A stretch of DNA of 64,000 nt from a virus (taxonomy: Duplodnaviria; Caudoviricetes). The position numbers were made by a program, and so were the translations under genes. The notes under the pieces were generated by a model. That model saw nothing but the letters and a program-made list of their open reading frames with translations, was not told the origin of the DNA and searched no databases. Every line of letters begins with the position of its first letter. Positions within the stretch are counted from its first letter, which is position 1. The DNA is taken from IMG/VR virus record IMGVR_UViG_3300028048_000001, positions 192,001 to 256,000 of that record. One strand, written 5' to 3'. Shown one piece after another: positions 1-9,782 of this stretch.

Positions 1-119
1 GGAGCTATTAATTCATCAACTTCAAAACATGTTTGTCTTTTTTCTTTACTTTCTATTTCTTCATCTGTATCGTAAGATGTAGAAAAGTAATATTTATAAT
101 CTTTTGTTAATAAAAACAT
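1..119 (-). CDS. Hypothetical protein, runs off the left edge (MFLLTKDYKYYFSTS...)
   Basis: ATG at 119 preceded by AAGGAG; frame open to position 1. Confidence 0.6.
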   Translation of the reverse strand, partial: MFLLTKDYKYYFSTSYDTDEEIESKEKRQTCFEVDELIA

Positions 120-122
120 TAT

Positions 123-548
123 TTATTTTTTCTCCTTCTCATAATCACAAATGTCTATGCATACACTCATATCTTTACTTCTGGCAATATCAATCATATT
201 TCCTGTTCCCTTAGATTTACCATTCCAAAATGCTATTAAAACACCAGTAGCATTATCAGATGTTGCATATTCTGCCATCTGAGCATTTCTAATAATACCA
301 GCTTTTCTACCATATTTAAACCAATCTGCAGGAAATATTTGTAAATTATATCCTTTCATTCTTGCATATGATTCACCTAGTCTATCTGTTCCTTTTGCGT
401 TTCCTGATATAATAGTAATATTAATATCGTCATTATAATATCCAGATATTACTTTATCACAAGTTTGTGATAATCTTTTAAAATCATTAAATTCTCTTCC
501 ACCAGCAATAATAATTCTAACATCATTGGGATTTTTCATTTTTATCAT
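123..548 (-). CDS. SLOG-superfamily (DUF2493/YspA-like) protein
   Basis: IIIAGGREF, IISGNAKGTDRLG, FPADW..YGRKAG.IRN, IAFWNGKSKGT motifs. Confidence 0.85.
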   Translation of the reverse strand: MIKMKNPNDVRIIIAGGREFNDFKRLSQTCDKVISGYYNDDINITIISGNAKGTDRLGESYARMKGYNLQIFPADWFKYGRKAGIIRNAQMAEYATSDNATGVLIAFWNGKSKGTGNMIDIARSKDMSVCIDICDYEKEKK

Positions 549-585
549 CCTTTTTCTTGTTTAGATATAAATAAATTCTGTTACA

Positions 586-978
586 TTATGCGATAAGATA
601 TTTTTCAATAAAATACAAATATCCATATTTAGTAAATGGGGTATATAAATATCTATATCCATCCATAATTAATATATTATTATATTCATCTTTAAATATA
701 AAATAATAATTAGATTTAAATTTTTTATTTTTATTATAAATACCAAAATCTACTAATTTCCATTTAATATGCTTTTTTGATTCATAATTTGGAAATAAAA
801 TTCTTTTTATAAGTATATTTACTTCTTCAATAGCAGATAAAATAATATTATTATCATAATATGAAGCTCTTTTTATTTTTGATGGGTATTTATATGGATA
901 TTTATTATAAGTATTTTTATTAATGTTTTTATTTTTTTCATATTTAATATCGATATCATTTTTATTATTCATTATCAT
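586..978 (-). CDS. Hypothetical protein
   Basis: ORF with AGGAG RBS. Confidence 0.6.
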   Translation of the reverse strand: MIMNNKNDIDIKYEKNKNINKNTYNKYPYKYPSKIKRASYYDNNIILSAIEEVNILIKRILFPNYESKKHIKWKLVDFGIYNKNKKFKSNYYFIFKDEYNNILIMDGYRYLYTPFTKYGYLYFIEKYLIA

Positions 979-993
979 TCTCCTTTAAATTAA

Positions 994-1037
994 ATATTAT
1001 AATACTGAAGAGCATATGCTCTTCAGTATTATAATAT
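994..1037. terminator. Perfect 44-bp palindrome, probable terminator
   Basis: atattataatactgaagagcat|atgctcttcagtattataatat just downstream of the polymerase stop. Confidence 0.65.
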
Positions 1038-1049
1038 ATTTTTATAATA

Positions 1050-3305
1050 TCATAATTTTATTACATTAGTGTAATTAGGTTTTTTATTACCAAAACTACT
1101 TAAACCTACCGATTCTATAGGAAATGTAGTTAAATTATCATCAATAATAGATTCATAATCAATAAAAGGAATTAAAAATTCTGGTACTGGTAAATCTTTA
1201 GGAAGTGCAATACATTCTAATTTTCCTTTAAATATTTCAGAAAGTTTTATATCATCAATCATTTTATCAGTATTAGGATCTAATATTTCGAGTAATCTAT
1301 CATACTGTGAAGGATATTGATTTTTAATTTTAATAACAGATTCTTTATCTATTTTAAGTTTAATTATATCTAAAGAATTTCTAGCTGTTAAATCAAAACC
1401 AGGTAAACCAGATTTAATATAATTCCATGCTAAACTTGCTTTAATCCCTTGTATTCTTAATGGATTTTCATATGCATTTGCAGCTTTTATAACCATTGGT
1501 TTAAAGTATTTTTTACTACCACTTTTAAGATCATTATAAATTTCTCTTTCAAGTATAGCTATATCTTTTATTAATTTTAATTGATCTACTTTTCCTGTAA
1601 GAATATCTTCAAGTAAAATTTTTCTTAAAGCTTTCTGTGTATCCTTAGATACAACAGATTTTGTTAAACATGGAATACCTTTACAATCTAATATTCCGCC
1701 ATTAAGATAATTTCCTTCTTGTAAAATTTGTAAAGAAACATAATTCTTTTTAGTTGAAGTTAACAATATCCTGGCTAACATAAATTCATTTTTCATATTA
1801 ATTCTACATAACTCATCAGACCTATAAGATCCAGATTGTTTTGTAAAATCAATCATATAAAGATTAATAATTGTAGATAATATATAACACATAATATTTA
1901 TTAAAGCAAATTTCATATTATCTTGTGGTATAATTTCTAAAGCATTTATTAATCTTTTTCTTTCAATAATTTCTTGATTATAAAAATCATAATCTTTTTC
2001 ATTATCTAAAAATTCTAATCCTTCTAATCTAGAAGTATCTATTATATCTCCAAATTCATCAGTTTCAAGAATTTCAATTCCTTGTCTTTTATCAATAGAA
2101 TTATACCAATCTGGAATTTCTTTATCTTTCCAATAAAAATCTTTAGATTTCTTTTCTTTTTCTAATTTCATGAAAAGATCTAATTGTTGATGGATAATTG
2201 GACAGTCAATATCTTTAAGATATTCCATATTATAATGATACCATGCATCTAGAGATACAAAAGATGAATCTGTATCTGATACAATAGAAATATTCTTAAT
2301 CATATTTTTATTTCTATCCATTCTATCCATCCATTGATGATTATAGAATACATATTCAACCAATAAATCTCTTAATTCATTTAATTGAGGAATAATTTCT
2401 TTAGGTGGTTTTGCAGGTTCTATATATGGAGTCTGCATATTTGAGATAATAGAAATCATAAGATTTCTTGCTATTGGAAGATCCATAAAACAATATAAAT
2501 TATTTTTATAAAACAAACGATTTAATTCTATTTGATTACAATTTTGAAGAATTTTGTATATTGTATCCATATCTTCATAAGAAGGTATATACTTATATCC
2601 ACAATTCATCATGAGTTTATTAAAGCATTCTTCTAAATTTACAAAACCAGAAGATTCTAATATAGAATAATCGTTATATTTCCAAGATGAATATTCTAAT
2701 CTTACATTATCAATAAAAATAAGAATATCATTTAATGATGAAAATTTTACATTATTACCAAGAAATCCTTCAAAACACAATATAGCAGAAGATATAAGAG
2801 ATCTTCCTGTTGAAGTAACAGCAGGTGCTATATTAAGATCAAAAAGAATAGATACATAAAGGCCGATCAACCCATATATGCCATTAACATCTATTTTACT
2901 AAGTGCTTGTAATAAATTATATTTTTCAAATTGTTCACTTCCTTTTGGATATTTGAACATTTCTTTTTTATATTGTTTTCTTAAATCTAGAAAGCTTTGT
3001 ATAACTTTAGCCATTGGATTAGGTACTGTTTCATGTCTTTTAAACATTGTACCATAACTAGTTATAATAGGCTCTCTATTTTTTATATAATCAAGTATTT
3101 CTAATGCTGTCATATTTGCAGTTTTTTCATTGTATTTATTCTGTATTTTTAAATCAAAATCTTTAAATCTTTTTTGTATACTATATTCTACAGCTCTTTC
3201 TATATCTTCTTTATTCATCAAAGGATATTTAGAATTTATAATTCTTGTCATCGTATCTCTATATTGTAATAATATAGAATGATCTTTAATTTTTACCTTA
3301 TTCAA
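1050..3305 (-). CDS. Family B DNA polymerase, C-terminal polypeptide of a split phiKZ/AR9-type polymerase
   Basis: Motif B QALSKIDVNGIYG, motif C SDTDS, MKNEF and KKNY..KGI; no exonuclease motifs or motif A (DxxSLYP). Confidence 0.85.
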   Translation of the reverse strand: MNKVKIKDHSILLQYRDTMTRIINSKYPLMNKEDIERAVEYSIQKRFKDFDLKIQNKYNEKTANMTALEILDYIKNREPIITSYGTMFKRHETVPNPMAKVIQSFLDLRKQYKKEMFKYPKGSEQFEKYNLLQALSKIDVNGIYGLIGLYVSILFDLNIAPAVTSTGRSLISSAILCFEGFLGNNVKFSSLNDILIFIDNVRLEYSSWKYNDYSILESSGFVNLEECFNKLMMNCGYKYIPSYEDMDTIYKILQNCNQIELNRLFYKNNLYCFMDLPIARNLMISIISNMQTPYIEPAKPPKEIIPQLNELRDLLVEYVFYNHQWMDRMDRNKNMIKNISIVSDTDSSFVSLDAWYHYNMEYLKDIDCPIIHQQLDLFMKLEKEKKSKDFYWKDKEIPDWYNSIDKRQGIEILETDEFGDIIDTSRLEGLEFLDNEKDYDFYNQEIIERKRLINALEIIPQDNMKFALINIMCYILSTIINLYMIDFTKQSGSYRSDELCRINMKNEFMLARILLTSTKKNYVSLQILQEGNYLNGGILDCKGIPCLTKSVVSKDTQKALRKILLEDILTGKVDQLKLIKDIAILEREIYNDLKSGSKKYFKPMVIKAANAYENPLRIQGIKASLAWNYIKSGLPGFDLTARNSLDIIKLKIDKESVIKIKNQYPSQYDRLLEILDPNTDKMIDDIKLSEIFKGKLECIALPKDLPVPEFLIPFIDYESIIDDNLTTFPIESVGLSSFGNKKPNYTNVIKL

Positions 3306-3335
3306 TTTATCACCCCTTATTATAAATATAAATAA

Positions 3336-3659
3336 TTAATAAATCAATACTACATTATCAGAATCGATTAAATATGTTATTCCATTCTCAAAAGTTATTT
3401 GAATTTGATCAGATTTTTTATAATTTATATAATTTTTAATTTTCCCTTCTATTACTTTATCATTTGGTAATTTTATAATAGCTGTACGAAAATCATTAAT
3501 ATGTACAGTGGTTCTATCAATAATAATATCATTTATTATTGCATATCCAAGTAAAATAGCTAATATAACAGCTAATATAAATTTAGTATTAAAAATAAGA
3601 TCTATTAAACTATACCAAAAATAATCTTTTATATAATTATTATCCTTTTTATCTTTCAT
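3336..3659 (-). CDS. Small membrane-anchored hypothetical protein
   Basis: Hydrophobic segment FILAVILAILLGYAII. Confidence 0.6.
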   Translation of the reverse strand: MKDKKDNNYIKDYFWYSLIDLIFNTKFILAVILAILLGYAIINDIIIDRTTVHINDFRTAIIKLPNDKVIEGKIKNYINYKKSDQIQITFENGITYLIDSDNVVLIY

Positions 3660-3711
3660 AAAAATATCCTTTTATAATTTATTATTATAATATTATTTTA
3701 TTAATCATATT

Positions 3712-4038
3712 TTACCATGCAGAAATTTTTTGCTTTTCTATAATTAAATCATATCCAGACGGTGCATCATCTTCTATTTCATATCCTATTATTAAAGCAT
3801 TATTATATAAATCTGTATCTTTATTATTTGGATATATTGCTGTTTCACAATCCCATTCATATATTCCTCTAAATAATATATCTACAATTCCATTTTCTAT
3901 AGTATAATCTGTTTCGTTTCTATCAATAGTTACAATTTTACCATCATTTCTTTTAATAGAAATTGTATTAAGATATAAAGATTCTTTTTCAACAATTTTG
4001 TTTTTATAAGTTCCTGTAAATTCTATTTTCATTTTCAA
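3712..4038 (-). CDS. Hypothetical protein
   Basis: ORF with GGAGG RBS. Confidence 0.6.
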   Translation of the reverse strand: MKMKIEFTGTYKNKIVEKESLYLNTISIKRNDGKIVTIDRNETDYTIENGIVDILFRGIYEWDCETAIYPNNKDTDLYNNALIIGYEIEDDAPSGYDLIIEKQKISAW

Positions 4039-4063
4039 TCCTCCATATTATTAAATTAAATAA

Positions 4064-4091
4064 ACCTCAAGTGTATTTCTACACTTGAGGT
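4064..4091 (-). terminator. Intrinsic terminator hairpin
   Basis: acctcaagtgta/tacacttgaggt 12-bp stem. Confidence 0.7.
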
Positions 4092-4102
4092 AAATTTTTA
4101 AT

Positions 4103-4570
4103 TTAGCACATACATTTTTTACAATCAATAAGATTCATACTATTAGCCCAGGAAATAACTTTTGCTTTAGTATCATAATCTGGAATTTGCTCAATAATAA
4201 TTGGACCAAATACCATTATAAGATTAGGAATTCCTTGACCATCAGGATCAAATTTAAGTTTATCAAACATTCTACAAGTTTTATAACCAACTTCAATCAT
4301 TTCTGATTGAAATCTGTCATCAAACTCTTTTTTGTAATTATCTCTTACATTTACATAATGCATATATGGATAAAATAAAGCTAATCTCTCTTTAAAACTC
4401 ATTTTATCCCAATTATCAATTAACCATCTCCATCTTTCATAATTCTCATTAATTATAGAAGAAGATCCTTTTCCATTACAATTACAATCACAATCTGGAT
4501 TAACTTTAACAGTATTGGATACAGGATTAAAAAATTCTCCTTTTACATCTTTCTCAATATAGTTACCCAT
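4103..4570 (-). CDS. Hypothetical protein with Cys clusters (CDCNC; CKKCMC)
   Basis: ORF with RBS. Confidence 0.6.
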   Translation of the reverse strand: MGNYIEKDVKGEFFNPVSNTVKVNPDCDCNCNGKGSSSIINENYERWRWLIDNWDKMSFKERLALFYPYMHYVNVRDNYKKEFDDRFQSEMIEVGYKTCRMFDKLKFDPDGQGIPNLIMVFGPIIIEQIPDYDTKAKVISWANSMNLIDCKKCMC

Positions 4571-4575
4571 AGCTT

Positions 4576-5070
4576 TTATTCCTTTTCAGTGCAGAAGAAT
4601 ACTCCTTCTTCTTCACCAACAAGCTCTGTAGCAATATCCTGATAAAGAGTAGATCTTAATCCATTAATATCTTTAAGACTATCAATACCATACTGAACAA
4701 CTTTATTCTTAAAAACAACATAAGTTACAGGATTTGTAAAAGCTCCAGTAACGGTCTTCTGATATAAATATGCAGGGTTTCCTTTAAATGCTGCCTCAAT
4801 AATTCCAGCTCTTGTATTTAAAAATTCATTAGAAGGAATTATATTGATCTTAAGAATAACATCACCAAAAGCCTGTTCTGAAGGAAGAAGTTTTTCTATA
4901 GCATTAGCTTTAGTATCACCATTTACATAAAGTTTAAGAACCAAATTATCATTATCATAAACAATTTTAATATCAGGATCTTCTCCAAAAAGAGCTTCAA
5001 TTTCTTTAGTATAACAAACCCATGGAGAATAAATATTTAAGTTTTTACTATTGATATTATCAGACATCAT
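4576..5070 (-). CDS. Hypothetical phage protein
   Basis: ORF with AAGGAGG RBS. Confidence 0.7.
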   Translation of the reverse strand: MMSDNINSKNLNIYSPWVCYTKEIEALFGEDPDIKIVYDNDNLVLKLYVNGDTKANAIEKLLPSEQAFGDVILKINIIPSNEFLNTRAGIIEAAFKGNPAYLYQKTVTGAFTNPVTYVVFKNKVVQYGIDSLKDINGLRSTLYQDIATELVGEEEGVFFCTEKE

Positions 5071-5086
5071 AATAATATCCTCCTTA

Positions 5087-5749
5087 TTATTCTTCTGTTT
5101 CAGTTTCTACCTTAGCTTCTTCTGAAGTTGTATTAACCTGGATATCATCAGCAATATCAGAATTAATATTTTCAGTTACTTCTGCCTTTTCTTCTACAAC
5201 AGGAGCAAGAGGAGTTCCTTCTTCAGGAATAACTTCAATACTAGAATTTTCAGATTTATTATCATCATTCCACTGGAAAAGATGACGATAGTTTTCCATA
5301 ATATTATCAATTCTATTATGAAGTTCTTTCTTAAAAGAGGTCTTCAGTCTTTCCTGAATATAAAGAATACGAATATTAATTCTATCACCACTTACATAAC
5401 CACTTCTTTGAGCGTTAGCAAGATCCATCATAATATAATTGAACTGGGAAACAGTTTTAGTATCATCCTGAGCAAAACCTTTATCATTAACAAGATAATT
5501 CAAAATCTCTTTCATAGTAATTTTCTGAATATTACTAGTATTTGAAATATCTGTATTAGCAATATCGTTATCAAGATATTCAGCTACAGCTTCAATCATA
5601 TCAAGATTTGCATTCTGCTTTGCAATAATCTCTTGCTTCTTGTTATACTGCTGATTATTGTTTCTATTGTTATTACGATTATTAAAATTTCTGTTACCAT
5701 TGTTTCTGTTGTTATTAAAATTTCTCTTATTGTTACCATTGTAACTCAT
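5087..5749 (-). CDS. Hypothetical protein with N/R-rich low-complexity N-terminus and acidic C-terminus
   Basis: Start moved to ATG 5749 (MSYNGNNKRNF) following AGAAAGGA; early-type promoter motif at 5907-5916. Confidence 0.7.
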   Translation of the reverse strand: MSYNGNNKRNFNNNRNNGNRNFNNRNNNRNNNQQYNKKQEIIAKQNANLDMIEAVAEYLDNDIANTDISNTSNIQKITMKEILNYLVNDKGFAQDDTKTVSQFNYIMMDLANAQRSGYVSGDRINIRILYIQERLKTSFKKELHNRIDNIMENYRHLFQWNDDNKSENSSIEVIPEEGTPLAPVVEEKAEVTENINSDIADDIQVNTTSEEAKVETETEE

Positions 5750-5960
5750 AACAAATGTCCTTTCTTGGGTTTTGCCCATATAAAATTAAAAAGTTTTTGT
5801 AATATATAGTGAATAATATATTATTTTTTAATTTACAACTTTTCTATAATGATTAGTATTATATTTATGAGATAATAAAACGAGCTCAATTATTTCATAA
5901 TCAATATTATAATATCTAATTATTCTAAATATTCTACATGTAGAAAGGAAAAATTATATT

Positions 5961-6425
5961 ATGGGACTGTATTCTAGTAATGAAGATGAATATTATGGTA
6001 TTGATGAAAATGCTCTTATAGAAGCTTTTCTGATTGATGATCTTACACATAATTATGGGGAAGATGCAATCCATGAGTTTTGTGCTCCTGGTGGAGTAGC
6101 AGATGCTTTACTTGAAGCTAAAGTTCTTTCTAATAAAAGAACTGTTATTAGACTTGACAAAACTGCTGATGCTTTAAGGCGTAAAGTTATTACTGCTATT
6201 ATGATGGCAAAAGCTAAGAAAGATCCTCTTTATGCTAAGCTTGTTAAATATCAACTTCTTCGTAAACAAACCAGACAAAAGATTGTTGATAAATATGGAG
6301 CAAAAGCTACTAAGGCTGCAATCAAAGGTCAGAAAGCTTATGTTAAATCTATGAGAGGAGTTAATATTTCTAATAATGTTAATTCTTCTATTTCTGATGC
6401 TATTTCTAAAGATAAAAATCGTTGA
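5961..6425 (+). CDS. Probable virion (head) protein
   Basis: Acidic N-terminus with LxE sites, basic C-terminus; late-type motif at 5837-5848; terminator 6443-6471. Confidence 0.55.
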   Translation: MGLYSSNEDEYYGIDENALIEAFLIDDLTHNYGEDAIHEFCAPGGVADALLEAKVLSNKRTVIRLDKTADALRRKVITAIMMAKAKKDPLYAKLVKYQLLRKQTRQKIVDKYGAKATKAAIKGQKAYVKSMRGVNISNNVNSSISDAISKDKNR

Positions 6426-6516
6426 TCTCTCCTTTTTCTTTTATCCCGATAGGTTTTATACCTATTGGGATTTTTAACTTCAATATAATATTATTAAAAT
6501 TTAGGAGATATCAAAA

Positions 6517-6960
6517 ATGCATCTACCTGAATTGGGTTCTTATCCATTAACATTGAGAGATTTTGACATAAGTAATCCTAGGCGAGGAGAATTACTTCTT
6601 GATTATAGTAAATATGAATTGTATTATGTAAATAAATATACTGGAGAACTGGTATCTATGGCTCAAGATATTTATCAAAGAATACTTAGAGCCAAAATGG
6701 AAAATACCAATATTATAAGATATGATAATACAGATAATCCTTCTCCAGTTATTGGAAAAAATTTATCATTACAAAATGCTACAGTAATAGGAACTACAGT
6801 ACAATTAGAAGAATCTAAATATACATATGCTCAATTTAGAGAAGATGTAGAAAGATATACTCTTTTTCTTGATGATAGTATGTATATGCATCCTCCAATT
6901 TCTGAAAGAGAATACAATACATTTTATTATATTATTAATTCTGCAACTATTGTGAATTAA
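6517..6960 (+). CDS. Probable virion/tail-associated protein
   Basis: GELLLDY..YELY N-terminal motif resembling fibre-anchor domains; late-type motif at 6476-6487. Confidence 0.45.
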   Translation: MHLPELGSYPLTLRDFDISNPRRGELLLDYSKYELYYVNKYTGELVSMAQDIYQRILRAKMENTNIIRYDNTDNPSPVIGKNLSLQNATVIGTTVQLEESKYTYAQFREDVERYTLFLDDSMYMHPPISEREYNTFYYIINSATIVN

Positions 6961-6964
6961 AAAC

Positions 6965-6998
6965 AATCCCAAGAAGGAATCAATTCCTTCTTGGGATT
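6965..6998. terminator. Bidirectional terminator between convergent genes
   Basis: 16-bp stem aatcccaagaaggaat/attccttcttgggatt. Confidence 0.8.
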
Positions 6999-7001
6999 TA
7001 A

Positions 7002-7631
7002 TTAACTTATACTAATATTGATTCCTATTTTATTTGTGAATTTAGCTCCAGTATTTTTCTGAGTATATGGTATAGATACTCTTCCATATTTTGATTTATA
7101 AATTATTTCATTTGTAGATCTTTTAATAATTACCGTACAAGGACTTGTATCACAAATATTAACAGCAGCTTGATAATCTGGTGTTTTGTCTATAATATTA
7201 GAATTTCTTGTATTTTTTATAATATATAATTCCGAAGATTTAGGTATCGATTTTCCATTATTATCTATAAGATTAAGATACATAGCCAATAATGTAGACA
7301 ATTTTTCTTTGTTTAAATCAATAGCATCAGAAATTATAATATTCTTTTTTACTTTATTTGTATACCATACAGAATTTGGTGAATTACATATTCTAAAATT
7401 ATATCCACCAAAATTTAAAATTTCTTTTAATTTAGTCAATTCTTTTATTGTTGGAACAACAATATCATATTCTTTCATATGTGTAAATACACAAAACATA
7501 GAAGAATTATTTTCTATTAATTTATGAATATCCGAAATTACAGATCCTAATAATACTTCAACTTTTCTTGTATCTATTTTTTCTGGCATATCTATTCCAG
7601 TATTATTATCAAACATATATATTTTGCCCAT
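7002..7631 (-). CDS. Hypothetical protein, possibly with a degenerate cell-wall-binding domain
   Basis: GAAAGGA RBS; directly downstream of the GH73-like gene. Confidence 0.55.
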   Translation of the reverse strand: MGKIYMFDNNTGIDMPEKIDTRKVEVLLGSVISDIHKLIENNSSMFCVFTHMKEYDIVVPTIKELTKLKEILNFGGYNFRICNSPNSVWYTNKVKKNIIISDAIDLNKEKLSTLLAMYLNLIDNNGKSIPKSSELYIIKNTRNSNIIDKTPDYQAAVNICDTSPCTVIIKRSTNEIIYKSKYGRVSIPYTQKNTGAKFTNKIGINISIS

Positions 7632-7645
7632 ATACTATTCCTTTC

Positions 7646-8632
7646 TTATCTAATATTGATATATCCATATATAAGATTAGGATCTGGTTTCATATTTTCT
7701 ATACCTTTTACAGTAGTAATTTTAGCTCTACCGTTATATACTATATTATCATAAAAATAGAATGTTCCAGATACGTATCTATCTGGTTTAGAAGATATAG
7801 TATTTTTATATACTGCTCTTTTATTTAATATTAGTTGTTTACCAGTTTCTGGTTTTACAACAGGAATAGCTTTTGGAGTATTATCTGGTTCTACAATAAC
7901 AGATCTATCCCAAGGATCAAAGAAAATTTCACCATTATCATTAATAAATACTTTATAACCTTCATGTTTAAATGCCATCTTTAATGCATCTTCGTATATT
8001 GCTGAAGCATATATTTGAGAATCTGGATTATCCCAACTTAATCTTACTCTATACATATTCATATTAATTTTATTCTCTTTTTCTATAATATTATTTTTTA
8101 TTACTTTTTCTTTAATTTCGGAATCCCATAAATATAATTTATATTTTTCTATAATATTTATCATCTTATCTTGTATAAATTTTATATCATCATTTAATCT
8201 AAAATAATCTTGCATAAATCCTGCTCTTATTAATTTATCAATACAGGATTTATAATTAAAATCTTCAATAGCAAATTGATATTTTAATGGACCATTTTTA
8301 GATCTTCTCTTTGTAACAATGTAATTTATAAAATCTTCAATAGATTGATTATAATTTTTATAAGCTTTATATAATATTGGTCCAACCTCTCTACATTCTG
8401 ATCTTTTATTATAAATTTTACCAGAATTTTTTGAATAGCACATTCCAAACCATAATTCATCTATCGGTAAGTTAAATAAATTTCTAGCAAATGCGGCTTC
8501 TCTAGTAGTAGCAAAATTTGATTTTATTATAGATATCATTGCTACTATAGAAGGACAAAATCTATTTTTATTGCATTCATTAATTATTGTAGGTTTTATC
8601 ATATTAAGAAATGTTTGTTCGTTATTAGTCAT
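7646..8632 (-). CDS. GH73 glucosaminidase/muramidase-like protein, apparently catalytically degenerate, with Clostridia-type cell-wall-binding domains
   Basis: PSIVAMISIIKS..RNLF and YKAYKNYNQSIEDF align to the GH73 pattern; MYRVRLSW..SQI..GYKVF module; C-terminal GTFYFYD..NGR module. Confidence 0.65.
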   Translation of the reverse strand: MTNNEQTFLNMIKPTIINECNKNRFCPSIVAMISIIKSNFATTREAAFARNLFNLPIDELWFGMCYSKNSGKIYNKRSECREVGPILYKAYKNYNQSIEDFINYIVTKRRSKNGPLKYQFAIEDFNYKSCIDKLIRAGFMQDYFRLNDDIKFIQDKMINIIEKYKLYLWDSEIKEKVIKNNIIEKENKINMNMYRVRLSWDNPDSQIYASAIYEDALKMAFKHEGYKVFINDNGEIFFDPWDRSVIVEPDNTPKAIPVVKPETGKQLILNKRAVYKNTISSKPDRYVSGTFYFYDNIVYNGRAKITTVKGIENMKPDPNLIYGYINIR

Positions 8633-8754
8633 ATTACATTCCTTTTATATATAAGATTATAAAGATGTTTTGGAAATCTATGATTTATAAATAGATATTA
8701 TAAATATGGAAGACAGTGTAGCTTCCACTATAATAGCGAAAGGGACTTATTAAA

Positions 8755-8901
8755 ATGTGTAACTTTAGATCTTATTTTGGAGAAGATACTACGACATATG
8801 GTTATGAATATGATCGAAGTATATTTGAAGATATAGGACCTAACGATACAGATGAAGGAGGTGATGTAGAAATTCGTTTTAGCCTAGAAGATGAAAAATA
8901 A
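8755..8901 (+). CDS. Small acidic 48-aa peptide, not in the ORF track (MCNFRSYFGEDTTTYGYEYDRSIFEDIGPNDTDEGGDVEIRFSLEDEK)
   Basis: Early-type promoter GATATTATAA at 8694-8703, 5' hairpin, GAAAGGGA RBS, terminator 8929-8959. Confidence 0.65.
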   Translation: MCNFRSYFGEDTTTYGYEYDRSIFEDIGPNDTDEGGDVEIRFSLEDEK

Positions 8902-8965
8902 TATAATAATAATCTAATATTGATAAATATGCCAAAGGATAAAAATTATCCTTTGGCATTATATA

Positions 8966-9667
8966 TTATTTTTTATATTTTTTCTTTTTTCTAAACGTAG
9001 GTTTAATATTATTTAAATTTAATTGTTGAAAACTATGTTGAATATTTTCTGTATTAGTATCTGTGGTTTCTTCAAAAGTATCATCTTCGTCTTCATTATC
9101 ATTAATTTCTATAGATTCTTCATTCTCAACTTTTTCTTGATTATTATTTAAATCAATTTTTTCTTCATCTTGCTGTTCTACAGCTTCTTCAGAAGTTAAT
9201 ATTTCTGGAATATTATTCTCATAAGTTTCTGTTTGTGTATATTTTTCTTTTTCTGATATATCATCTGATGGTATAGAAACTGATTGAATTTCTGAAATTG
9301 TATTATTTGTATTATTTTCATCAATTTTATCATTATTAGATTCTACTACTATTTTTTCTTTTTCACATTCTTCAATAGTACCTTCTCTATTAATAATAAT
9401 ATTAGTTTCTTTTTTATCTTCTTTATTATAAATTTCTTCTAATTTATTATAATCCATATTTCTTATAAATTCCCAATTATTATTTATTAAAACTTCAATA
9501 TCGCAAATTGTAAGAATTCTTTTTGCATATGCATAAGGAACAGAATTAAGATAAATATTAGAAGATTTTTTCTCAATATTACGTCTATCAATAATTCCTC
9601 TAGAAATAAGTCTAAATAAATTACTTTTATTAATTTTAATATTTTTTCTATTCATAAAAATACTCAT
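8966..9667 (-). CDS. Hypothetical protein with long acidic disordered region
   Basis: ORF with AGAAAGG RBS; late-type motif at 9710-9721. Confidence 0.6.
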   Translation of the reverse strand: MSIFMNRKNIKINKSNLFRLISRGIIDRRNIEKKSSNIYLNSVPYAYAKRILTICDIEVLINNNWEFIRNMDYNKLEEIYNKEDKKETNIIINREGTIEECEKEKIVVESNNDKIDENNTNNTISEIQSVSIPSDDISEKEKYTQTETYENNIPEILTSEEAVEQQDEEKIDLNNNQEKVENEESIEINDNEDEDDTFEETTDTNTENIQHSFQQLNLNNIKPTFRKKKKYKK

Positions 9668-9782
9668 TTTGAATACCTTTCTTAATTTGAAAAATAATAT
9701 TATTTTATTTATCTTAAGGTTATTAAGATAAATTCTCCCATAGAGGTTTAACTCCTCTATGGGAGATAATATTTATTAAATA

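Noticed and set aside
994-1037. Protelomerase/telomere-resolution site
   Set aside because: Similar loop-less palindromes lie at other gene ends (15554-15589, 17477-17504), consistent with terminators; no protelomerase seen.
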